Source: Bdellovibrionota bacterium (GTDB lineage Bacteria > Bdellovibrionota_C > UBA2361). From it: DNA of 24,718 bases. Of this stretch, positions 8,874 to 17,276 are shown in pieces. A program made the translations under genes and the position numbers. The stretch covers positions 1 to 24,718 of the forward strand of contig JBILDU010000039.1 of NCBI GenBank assembly GCA_044352465.1, read 5' to 3'. The notes under the pieces are model-generated. The model searched no databases, had not been told where the DNA came from, and saw only the letters and a list, made by a program, of their open reading frames with translations. Positions within the stretch are counted from its first letter, which is position 1; every line of letters starts with the position of its first letter.

Positions 8874-9273
8874 TGTGTCACCCGTGGTGCCCGCCGGTCG
8901 GACAGAGTCCGACCCTCCAATCGATTTGAATCAGCGGTGGTGATCGATGGTCGGAAAGAATCGGCCCCTTCAAATCTGCGTCGCGGTCTCCACCCTTATG
9001 GAGGGCCCGACTCTGTCGGGCCGTGATTGTGTCACCCGTGGTCCGCGCCGGTCGGACAGAGTCCGACCCTCCAATCGATCTGAATCAGCGGTGGTGATCG
9101 ATGGCCGGAAAGAATCGGGCCCTTCAAATCTGCGTCGCGGTCTCCCCCCTCGTGGAGGGCCCGACTCTGTCGGGCCGTGTGTGTGTCACCCGTGGTCCGC
9201 GCCGGTCGGACAGAGTCCGACCCTCCACGGGAATCGAATCACCCGTGGTGCGCGCCGGATGGACGGAATCCGA
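8874..9273. repeat. 154-bp tandem repeat array (2 full units, a partial third and a degenerate fourth fragment) built from inverted REP-like hairpins (REPIN/BIME-like)
   Basis: Units start 'TGTGTCACCCGTGG' at 8874, 9028 and 9182 (period 154). Each full unit has GGTCGGA-CAGAG-TCCGACC-CTCC and GGAG-GGCCCGA-CTCTG-TCGGGCC in opposite orientations. A degenerate copy lies at ~9239-9273. Confidence 0.9.
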
Positions 9274-9353
9274 TGGTCGAGCATTACGATAAGCGACGCC
9301 GCACCGTCGATGAAAATCCGGGGGGAGCGTTGACGTTTGGTGAAGATGAATAG
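9272..9353 (+). pseudogene. Diverged duplicate of the recombinase 3' end (MVEHYDKRRRTVDENPGGALTFGEDE*)
   Basis: 9272-9347 aligns ungapped to 8768-8843 with 9 mismatches in 76 nt by hand count (first 27 nt identical); offset 504 bp. Confidence 0.88.
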
Positions 9354-9414
9354 GTGGCCGTCAGAAGTCTCTATCGGCGGTCTCCTCCGGGAAATGCTCG
9401 CACGTCTGGCGCTC

Positions 9415-10158
9415 TCACTGCGCGGCGCCGCGACCTAAGAGCGCCACCCCAAGCGCAAAAAAACCGGAGAGGATAACCAGCGCTGCCGCGAGCGTGGGCG
9501 CAATTCGTCCCCAACGAGAGAACCGCCCCGTCGAGGTCAGCGTCGTCACCCCAGAGACGACGAGGAGCCCTACCGCTACCAACGTCAGCGCGAGCCCTGC
9601 GCTAAATCCGAGAACGAGGATAAGCCCCTTCCCGGTGGCGCTCACTGAGAGTGCGAGGAGCATGACACTCACCGCGCTTGGGCACGGGACGAGTCCTCCG
9701 GCGGCTCCGAAGGCGATAATCTGCAAAACGGAGGGGCGCTCCCCACGCCTGACGTACTCAGGCAGATCGTTGCTATGATCGTGGTCCGCGTCGTCGTGTT
9801 GGTGGTCGTGTTCCTCGTGGGCATGGCGGTGAGATCCCCTCTTTCGAAGCACTCTGAGCCGTCTGGAGAGAAGCCAGAAGCCTAGAACGATTACAACGAC
9901 GCTACTTCCGACCGCCAAAAAATCGATGGCCTCATCGGTAAAGGCTTCGCGCCCGAGAAGCACCGCGCCGATGGATAGCCCCACAACGACGAAGCTGTGG
10001 GTAAAAGCAACCGAGAGACCAAGGAGAATCGCGTCGCGCCCCTTTCCCTTGGTGCCGATAAGATACGCGGCGGTAAGCGTCTTGGCGTGTCCCGGCTCAA
10101 GAGCATGCAGTGCACCGAGTGCGACGGCTGTCGGTAAATATATGAGCGATAAGTCCAT
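9415..10158 (-). CDS. rcnA: Nickel/cobalt efflux transporter, RcnA (NiCoT/HoxN-like) family
   Basis: 'LGALHALEPGHAKT', 'AFTHS', His/Asp-rich loop 'HRHAHEEHDHQHDDADHDH', 'GGLVPCPSA', six hydrophobic segments. Confidence 0.88.
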   Translation of the reverse strand: MDLSLIYLPTAVALGALHALEPGHAKTLTAAYLIGTKGKGRDAILLGLSVAFTHSFVVVGLSIGAVLLGREAFTDEAIDFLAVGSSVVVIVLGFWLLSRRLRVLRKRGSHRHAHEEHDHQHDDADHDHSNDLPEYVRRGERPSVLQIIAFGAAGGLVPCPSAVSVMLLALSVSATGKGLILVLGFSAGLALTLVAVGLLVVSGVTTLTSTGRFSRWGRIAPTLAAALVILSGFFALGVALLGRGAAQ

Positions 10159-10461
10159 GATTCGCTGAGAATATGAACGAACACTAACACGGAGCCGGGA
10201 GCAACACTACTGAGGCAGGTTGGTTAGCCTCTCGAGATGCAGCAAGCATCAACTTCTCCTGCAGCCCCTCAGATGTCGAGGAATAGGTTTTTGGGGTGAA
10301 GCGCCTGTAGCTGCGGGATTCGGTTTGAGCTTACTATGGGGCCGCAGCGCCGATATCACCGGTCCCTAAAACCTACCCCAAGTCCTGGGGCGGGTCTTTG
10401 GTGGGTTGCCCGGTTCTAAGATAGGAATGCTCAGTAGCATCAAGATTCACGGAGGGCTCTT

Positions 10462-11469
10462 ATGGTAGTTGATGGGAATACGTTTTTGCGGCGCGCTCGA
10501 GCTTTCTTTGTTGAGCTCTCCGCGAATCGCTTTCCGAACGCCTCGAGTCTGGCTGAGTTGTGCGGATGTTCGCGGAATACCGCCCAGCGCACTATCAAAC
10601 GCCTACGCGACGAATACTTGGTACCGCTGGAGTATGAGGCATCTGAGAAGGGGTATTACCTTCCCGACAAGAGCTATCAACTTCCCAATATCTTGCCGCC
10701 GGGAAAGGACGAGCTCACTGCCCTTCTGCTCGTCCGCGATCTCGCAGCCACCCTCGATGCTGAAGATTTGAACAGCCATCTTGAGAGCCTCTGGAGCCAA
10801 TTTGCGACGAGTAACCGCGGCATCGCTCGGGACCTGGAACCACTCGGCTCGGTTTTTTCCTGCGATAACACGATTGTGGGAGATATCGCCGATCGAGGGC
10901 TTCTCCGCTACGTCTTTGCGGCAGCGGCTGGTGAAAGCGTTGAGGTCACCTACCGCTCACCGTGGCGTGAAGGTGAGGACAAAACACACCGCGGGAGGAT
11001 TTCGCGGGCCCATGTGAGCGACGGGAGCCTCTACCTTTTGTTTCTCCGGGAGTGCGGTCGCGAGATGGTACTCAACGCTGCCTTTATTAGAGATTTTAAG
11101 ATTCTCGCTCAGACGCTCTCTATCCCGAAGACCTCCCCCGCTGATTCTGGCGGAGCGAATTGGCTCAAGGGGTTCGGCATTTGGGCTGGTGCTGAGGTAA
11201 CCGACATCGAGATTCAGATCTTACCACCAGCGTCTTTTTATTACGCGGCTCAGCGGTGGCATGCCGATCAGTCGGACTCGTGGGACGATCAGATCCTCAT
11301 CCGTAAGATACCGGGGATCGTTTCCCCAGAGATTGTTCGGCGGGTCTTGAGCCTCGGGCGTTTTGTAAAGTCGGCCAAGCCCGACGAGCTGCGCGACCTC
11401 GTTTTCGCTGATGCGTGGGCGCTCATGAAGGCGCTGGAGGTGGATAAGCCCCTGCCCAAGGTAACTTAG
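10462..11469 (+). CDS. HTH-WYL(-WCX) domain transcriptional regulator (YafY/PafC-like)
   Basis: GGAGG RBS; N-terminal wHTH 'ASSLAELCGCSRNTAQRTIKRLRDEY..PLEY....GYY'; WYL-like core 'VEVTYRSP...GSLYLL...I'; WCX-like 'WHADQ...EIVRRVLSLG...KPDELRD'. Confidence 0.85.
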   Translation: MVVDGNTFLRRARAFFVELSANRFPNASSLAELCGCSRNTAQRTIKRLRDEYLVPLEYEASEKGYYLPDKSYQLPNILPPGKDELTALLLVRDLAATLDAEDLNSHLESLWSQFATSNRGIARDLEPLGSVFSCDNTIVGDIADRGLLRYVFAAAAGESVEVTYRSPWREGEDKTHRGRISRAHVSDGSLYLLFLRECGREMVLNAAFIRDFKILAQTLSIPKTSPADSGGANWLKGFGIWAGAEVTDIEIQILPPASFYYAAQRWHADQSDSWDDQILIRKIPGIVSPEIVRRVLSLGRFVKSAKPDELRDLVFADAWALMKALEVDKPLPKVT

Positions 11470-11561
11470 CGCGCGCCACAAGAGACCTCGAAACGATTTG
11501 AGGTGAATTTGGCGCTGACATGCGCTAACATTTTACCGTTCGTTCGTGGACGAAGTTCTCT

Positions 11562-12101
11562 ATGCCGTGCCCGTTTGCTTGGTTGTCGAAACTATTTCCT
11601 GATCTCGTGCCCCCCCACGGGTTCCCCGTTACCGATCGCTCTGAAGAGAGCGCCCTGACTCTTCTACAGGAGAGTGGACTCGACCTGAAGACCCCCCTGC
11701 GTGAGCTCGCCCTAAGGCACGGTTTGGTACGGGGTCGCGGTGTCGAGGAGGAGGTTCCCCTCCCCGCGGTGACAACGCTCTCGTCGGTACCCCTTTCCTT
11801 TCATGCCCCCTATAATCCCGAGAGCGCCGAGCTCCCCTGTCGGTTCGCTCAGGCGGCCTATATCGTTCACGATGATGCAGAGAGGAATCACGCCCAGATA
11901 GCGGACGAGCTACGAGCCAGGCTTGGCCCGGGAAGCAAAAGCGGCCCGCAGAACATCGAAGAGGAGTGGATTTTTGGAAGAATCGCCTTACGGGTATCAC
12001 CATGGGTCTCCGAGAGCCCAGAGCCGCCCCAACGCATCGCCTCTTCTCTGACCGATCCTCGACTTCGTGTCGCGGCGAAGGTCGTTTTCACTGCCACTTG
12101 A
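11562..12101 (+). CDS. Hypothetical protein
   Basis: 179-aa ORF with normal protein-like composition, co-directional with and just downstream of the WYL gene; no motif recognised. Confidence 0.6.
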   Translation: MPCPFAWLSKLFPDLVPPHGFPVTDRSEESALTLLQESGLDLKTPLRELALRHGLVRGRGVEEEVPLPAVTTLSSVPLSFHAPYNPESAELPCRFAQAAYIVHDDAERNHAQIADELRARLGPGSKSGPQNIEEEWIFGRIALRVSPWVSESPEPPQRIASSLTDPRLRVAAKVVFTAT

Positions 12102-12176
12102 ACACTGAGCCGCAATCGGCCGAAGCTCCGACATCGCCTCGGGACGACCGGGGCGATGGTGGTGACTCGGAGGTGG

Positions 12177-13724
12177 TTACTCCGGTCCCTTGCCGTACAC
12201 GTAATCCATAAAGCGAAACTTCTCGGGCGCTGCAGTTTTGAGCGCGAGCGGATTGACGAAGTACATCGTCAGCGTTTCAGCGTAGTCCTCGAATGGACTG
12301 CCCGTGGCGTAGTCGGTTACAAATCGCGCGCCGCGCCGATAAATCCACGCCGTATCGTTCTCAAGCGTGAGCACATGCCGCTCTCCGAACCTCAAAAGCT
12401 CATCACCGGTCCGAATGCTCTTTCCCCGATACAGAATCGTATCCTCTCCGAGGTCGGTGTATTCGTTCTTTGGAATAAAACTCCAGCCCGAGAGTTGGGT
12501 AAACTCGCTGTGGAAAACGGTGTGACAACAATGCCCGATTTCGTGGAGGGTCGTCCGGCCGGCCCGAGTAAGCCGTGGTTCGGCCGTGTCGGGCTCAGCT
12601 GAGGCGCCGAAGTCAAAGAGCCAGATCCTGCCGAGAAGTGAGGCGCCCTGTGCCTCAGGACGATCGACGGGTTGGGGTGCTCGAATTAGATGAAGAGCTA
12701 TTCCCTGAAAAAAGAAGATCCGGGCCGGGAATAGCCGCAGGGTCTCCGTGACTAGAGCGGTGGTTGAAGCGTCCCAATGTCGCGCCGGCGAGTCTACAAG
12801 GGCGAGTCCCGAGTAATGCCAAGCATCGAGCTTATGATAGTAACGCGCGTATAGTTCAGCGGGGGAGGTCCATGAGGAAGCCGCAGCGTCGTTCGATTGC
12901 TCGCCCAGGACGTCGTTATCCCCCCCCAGGATCGATTGAGCGATCGACCAAAGATCGTCCAACTGCTCGCCCTCTCCGCGAAGGCTCGGGAGGTCGCGTG
13001 GCTCCTCAGAGGAGGCGGACAGCCCCTCTCGGGCACGCTGAAACTCGTGCACAAGAAGCTCGGCGTTACTGCACTGGACGAGCGGAATCTGTGCGCGGTC
13101 GAGGGTCGCCTTATCAAAAAGCTCTCGATTGGCGCGAAGGCGCTCGTCGATAAGACTGAGCCGCTCCAGCGCCTCGACCATATCCTCAGTCGATTCGGGT
13201 GGAGGAAGTCCCTCGACTCCCCTCATGCGGGGCCACAGCTTAAGCAAGAACACGATCTCCTGGAGCCATTCGCTGTAGGGCGAGAAAATAAGCTTTTCAG
13301 CGCCAACCAGGTCGACAACACGGGCACCGTCGGTGAGGTCTTGCGCGGTTGAGAGGATACTCGCGGCAGCCTCGGTCGCACTCCGGTCGCGGGTCGCCTC
13401 CGCGATTGTGAGGAGATCGGTCACCATACTTGCACGGGCCTGTGGATCGGCTACGCGGAAAATAGCGACGCGCTCAAATTGCGAATAGGCCTGCCACGAC
13501 TTCTTCCATTCGTCGTTCCTGTGAGCGGCGCTCCGATGAATGCACTCGGCGAGCCCCGCGAGTCGAGCGAGGGCCTCTACTCGCGTCAGGAGGTTAAGAT
13601 CGGGCGGGTCAAAACCGTCCGCACCGCCGCCCCCACCCCGACTCGCTCGATCAAGGAAGTGAGGAACTAGCGGATCACTGGGGCGTTGTGGCAGAGGGTT
13701 ACGCGGAGCGTCTTTCGGTTCCAT
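12177..13724 (-). CDS. Protein with C-terminal zincin metallopeptidase domain (HEXXH; anthrax-lethal-factor/MPTase-like)
   Basis: 'TTLHEIGHCCH' followed by 'FVTDYATGSPFEDYAE...P..LK..APEKFRFMD'; predicted helical N-terminal ~300 aa; no signal peptide seen. Confidence 0.75.
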   Translation of the reverse strand: MEPKDAPRNPLPQRPSDPLVPHFLDRASRGGGGGADGFDPPDLNLLTRVEALARLAGLAECIHRSAAHRNDEWKKSWQAYSQFERVAIFRVADPQARASMVTDLLTIAEATRDRSATEAAASILSTAQDLTDGARVVDLVGAEKLIFSPYSEWLQEIVFLLKLWPRMRGVEGLPPPESTEDMVEALERLSLIDERLRANRELFDKATLDRAQIPLVQCSNAELLVHEFQRAREGLSASSEEPRDLPSLRGEGEQLDDLWSIAQSILGGDNDVLGEQSNDAAASSWTSPAELYARYYHKLDAWHYSGLALVDSPARHWDASTTALVTETLRLFPARIFFFQGIALHLIRAPQPVDRPEAQGASLLGRIWLFDFGASAEPDTAEPRLTRAGRTTLHEIGHCCHTVFHSEFTQLSGWSFIPKNEYTDLGEDTILYRGKSIRTGDELLRFGERHVLTLENDTAWIYRRGARFVTDYATGSPFEDYAETLTMYFVNPLALKTAAPEKFRFMDYVYGKGPE

Positions 13725-14151
13725 GGTTGATAGCTGGATGGAAAAAAATAACCGCTAGTTAATAGATTGCAATTGGCCGAGGCGGCAAGCCTGGGGTACG
13801 AAAGAGCCCCCTGCGGTAGCCCGCGTCGTCACCGTCTGCACCAGCTTTTAACGATGAGGGTATACCATCCGCGAACACTAATCGAGTTCGGCTCATCTCG
13901 CCCGGTTGGGCGGTTGGGCCGCCGTATTTAGCCGGGGACACTGCGTTTATCCCGCAGCGCTATAAACTCCCCAGACCGACGAATCAATGGCGCAGTTCTC
14001 ATCTCACGATGCTGCTCCGCCACTACGGTGCGAACACCCCAGACTACCGCCGGATTCCCAACCGTGCCGCGGATACCGGGTGAGTCATAAACTCTGTATT
14101 ACCTCCCCTGGCGCGCCGTGCGAGAGTTGCCTCGACACGACTGGGGTCAAA

Positions 14152-14943
14152 CTACCACGAGCTCGATGTTGTACGAATCGCTCTAAGGCGAGCCACATCC
14201 GCTCCATTGAGGGGTTGTTCGCCGTTTGAGAACGGTACGAAAATGCTCCCGCTTCGATAGCCGGCAGCGTTGAGGATAGCCAGATTCTCGCGGCTACTTT
14301 GACCGATAAAGGTCGCACCACTTTCATCGACGAACACTAAAAGACCGTTATTAGTATCATACTGACCGACTATCTGAGCGCGTTGCTCAACGTTATCAAA
14401 TCGTCCAGGGAGCTTATGGACGGGGCCTAGCGACGAACCTCGGTAGGCAACGTTGTCGACGCACCAAAAGGCACCTTGGTGAGCCACCCCGGGAGCGATG
14501 CCCGCTACGGCTGCTTCAGAGAGATACGTTGTGAGCGCCCGTTCCTCGGCTTGAGCCTGACGCAACGCCTGAACTTGCTTGTTGATATGCATCCACTCAG
14601 CACGGAGACGAGCTCCCGCTGGAAGCTCACCGTTTGAAAAAGCCACAAAGAGGGTTTGCTCCTTGTACCCTGCCGTACGAAGCGCCTCCGACAAAACCTC
14701 CGAATACGGAGCTACTCGGTATTCGCCGCTCCCCGTGACAAAGGCGATAGTTCCGTTGTTCTGATCAAAGATGCCCCGAGGTCCATTGACGATGATATGC
14801 TGTAGCCGCAGTATCGACTCTGATGCTCCGTCTTTGACCGCCGTGTCTCCGGTGAGACAGAGAGAATTTCGGAGTAACATCTCTGGTAAGTCGCTGACCG
14901 TAGCTCCCGGCTGGCTCGTGGGGACTCTCGCTTGCTCAGGCAT
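14152..14943 (-). CDS. Hypothetical protein with two copies of an unknown ~55-aa domain
   Basis: GGAGGAG RBS; aa 57-108 and 193-244 align ungapped at 22/52 identity. Confidence 0.8.
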   Translation of the reverse strand: MPEQARVPTSQPGATVSDLPEMLLRNSLCLTGDTAVKDGASESILRLQHIIVNGPRGIFDQNNGTIAFVTGSGEYRVAPYSEVLSEALRTAGYKEQTLFVAFSNGELPAGARLRAEWMHINKQVQALRQAQAEERALTTYLSEAAVAGIAPGVAHQGAFWCVDNVAYRGSSLGPVHKLPGRFDNVEQRAQIVGQYDTNNGLLVFVDESGATFIGQSSRENLAILNAAGYRSGSIFVPFSNGEQPLNGADVARLRAIRTTSSSW

Positions 14944-15485
14944 ATCTCCTCCGAATAATCTCTACCTTTCCAAAGGTAAAGTGATTTAAGTGGCGAGCGC
15001 GGACTCCGCTCCCCGACCTCTATTCTACCGATACCAAACTCTTAAGCTAGTGGCGCGCCGACGGTATCCTATCGTGGGGACCCGGGATTTCGCGAATTTA
15101 CGGCGGCGATTCCTGCAGCGGCTCTTCCGCTGGTGGATTTCCGAGCGAAGCATGGTCGACCTAGTTTACAGACAGGTCCCCTCCCCCCTTTGAGGGAAGC
15201 GGATCTCTTCCTCATAATTGCGCCGAACTTGCGCGTCCTCTGGATTAAGACCGGTGCCACGGGTAGCCTTACCGCGCTGTAGGAAATCGGCTCGAGCTAT
15301 TCAGCAAGCTCCTCTTCGGAGCCAGGCCGAAGCGTTCTTTGTATTTTCTCTTTGGTAGAAGCTTTACGTCCACTCTACGGGGTTTTTGGCGAATCTCCCC
15401 AAGAACACCGTAGGGCGGAGCGAACCCACAAAGGTTCTCTCTCCTTTTCACCTTGGTTCGATCGGTTCCCTTTTTCCCCGCTAAC

Positions 15486-16202
15486 ATGACTAAAGAATCG
15501 AGTAGGAAGCTCACCTTCCGCGAGATCTACCACCGCGCCCTCTGGGATAACCCCGACGCTGCGAATTGGTTGTTCTTCGCGGTCTTCGTGGTGTGTGCGA
15601 TCGATGAGGTCGGTCGTTGGTTCGGCATCATCCCCCACGCCCTCGTGCTGTTCGCCGCAACTTACGCCGGATTCTACCTCGTGCTCCTGGTCTGCCGCCC
15701 GAAGGACCTCTTCCTTCGGCGGCTGAAGCTCTTCCGCCTCCGCGCGGATGAGGCCATCCTTGCAGCGCGGTACGATGAGCTCGTGCTCGTCACCGATACT
15801 GCACAGATCCAGTCCGGCGCGTTGCGCGGCGTGACGAATCTGGTGCTCGTAAACACCAGGCCATGGGCATGGCGACGGCTCGAGTGCGTCGCCGCCTCGG
15901 TGAAGCTAGTTCTCACGATCTCGCTCGAACTTAACGTCTCTGACCCCCAGAAGATCCGTCACTGGATCGGATTGGAGGACAGCGACGTCGAGAACGATAT
16001 CCGGCGCTCCGTCACGAAAGTCGTGGAACGCCTCGGCCGTGAAGTTGTGCTCGAATCGCCCTATAAGTTCAGGGCGGCCGTCGAGAGCGAGATCAATTCG
16101 GGATTCCTGGCGTCACTCGGCGTGATGTGCAGGGTCTTCCCGGTTGAGGATAAGGACGTTGAGCTCGTGGATCAAAACCAGAGCAGCCTCGCGCAGCGGT
16201 AA
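15486..16202 (+). CDS. Membrane protein with two N-terminal TM helices and a possible SPFH/Band-7-like domain
   Basis: Hydrophobic segments 'WLFFAVFVVCAI' and 'ALVLFAATYAGFYLVLLV'. C-terminal 'VKLVLTISLELNVSDPQKI...DVENDIRRSV...FRAAVESEIN...LGV' follows the SPFH pattern. Start ATG 15486 is inferred. Confidence 0.55.
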   Translation: MTKESSRKLTFREIYHRALWDNPDAANWLFFAVFVVCAIDEVGRWFGIIPHALVLFAATYAGFYLVLLVCRPKDLFLRRLKLFRLRADEAILAARYDELVLVTDTAQIQSGALRGVTNLVLVNTRPWAWRRLECVAASVKLVLTISLELNVSDPQKIRHWIGLEDSDVENDIRRSVTKVVERLGREVVLESPYKFRAAVESEINSGFLASLGVMCRVFPVEDKDVELVDQNQSSLAQR

Positions 16203-16221
16203 TCGTTTTACCGTTGCCGTT

Positions 16222-16297
16222 ATGTTGAGCGAAGCGAGGTCGAAACCGTTCTTCCGAAGGAGGTTCTCTGTAACGGTTCCCTCGCTCCGCTCTACAT
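16222..16297. repeat. Long imperfect inverted repeat (stem-loop) downstream of the SPFH-like gene
   Basis: ATGTTGAGCGAAGCGAGG..AACCGTT pairs with AACGGTT..CCTCGCTCCGCTCTACAT. Confidence 0.6.
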
Positions 16298-16481
16298 CCT
16301 GGTCCCTCGCCGTTCGGTGACGCCCCCTTAGCCGCCGCGCCGACTCACTCCTCCGGAGAGCCGCTTGACTCTATCTGCTTATAATAGGCTCTACCTATCT
16401 TTGCGTAAGATATTAGTTATTAGACCTCTGAATGCTCTGGGGATACCCTTCTCAAGTATTCATAAAAAACGAGGAGGCCCC

Positions 16482-16742
16482 GTGGACTGTCCCCACTGCA
16501 ACGTTGAGCTAAAGCTTGCCGAACGAAAAAGTATCGAAATCGACTACTGCCCCAAGTGCCGTGGAGTTTGGCTCGATCGAGGGGAACTCGATAAGCTCCT
16601 CGCCTCCTCAGACGGTGAGCACCGCCCTCGTAGCGAGCGTATCGACGATGATGACCGCTATGAGCGGGAGCACCGTTCCCACGACTCCAAATACACGAAG
16701 TATAAGAAGAAGTCGCTTTTGAGCGAGATATTCGATTTCTAA
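16482..16742 (+). CDS. zf-TFIIB-family zinc-finger protein (86 aa)
   Basis: GTG start after a GAGGAGG RBS; 'CPHC...IEIDYCPKCRGVWLDRGELDKL' and C-terminal 'KKKSLLSEIFDF' are typical of the family. Confidence 0.9.
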   Translation: MDCPHCNVELKLAERKSIEIDYCPKCRGVWLDRGELDKLLASSDGEHRPRSERIDDDDRYEREHRSHDSKYTKYKKKSLLSEIFDF

Positions 16743-16750
16743 CTCGTTCG

Positions 16751-16772
16751 GGGAGCTCTGGGGAGCTTTTTC
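16751..16772 (+). terminator. Possible intrinsic terminator
   Basis: GAGCTC-TGGG-GAGCTT followed by a T run just after the zf-TFIIB stop; the stem is short. Confidence 0.3.
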
Positions 16773-17276
16773 TCGTAGCGTCCGATCACCTCTGGTAGAC
16801 TCCCCGGGGGGGTGAATTTAGCGGCGAGGTGCCCGAGTGCCGCTGCGCAGCGGGAGAAAGTGCGGCTTGGTTTGGAGAGTTTCGCCTGAACGGCTTGACC
16901 ACCACGATGAGACCGGCGCTGCGTCGCCCGCAAGACATTTTAGACTTTTTGTTGTCTTGAAAAGTTTCAGTAACTCTCAAGGCACAACGTTATTTCTGTC
17001 CGCACTCCCAGACTCGCACAGCCACTTCTCGCTTAGGCAGAAACGGCCCACCACATCATGACTCATGCTCTGTTCGAGCGAGGTGCCACTTTCTAGGTTT
17101 TTCACCTATCCTGCCGGACGTTGTCGAAGTTTAATTCGAAAATTGAATCCCTAAATCTTAAAAAGTCACCTCACTTTCGATTGCCATTAATGTGAGGGGT
17201 GTCGGAGGTTGGCGCGCTGCGCCGCACGGTTTCCAATTTGTCCTGTTCGAATTTTATATACAGCGATTGAGATCTT

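Noticed and set aside
8874..9273. CRISPR array
   Set aside because: The intervening sequences are near-identical between units rather than unique spacers, the period is 154 bp, and no cas genes are present.
8947..9333. 128-aa and 63-aa ORFs across the repeat array
   Set aside because: The period of 154 is not a multiple of 3 and the translations are low quality; these are by-products of the repeats.
8768..9353. DGR template/variable repeat pair
   Set aside because: Mismatches are not confined to adenines of one copy, and no reverse transcriptase is in the window.
10159..10461. NiCo riboswitch upstream of rcnA
   Set aside because: The short look-alike motifs (GCCGGGAGCAAC, ACTGAGGCAGG) are on the wrong strand and in the wrong order.
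13943..13969. Type I-E CRISPR-repeat-like word GCGTTTATCCCGCAGCGCTATAAACTC
   Set aside because: Single copy, palindromic stem not preserved, no spacers or cas genes.
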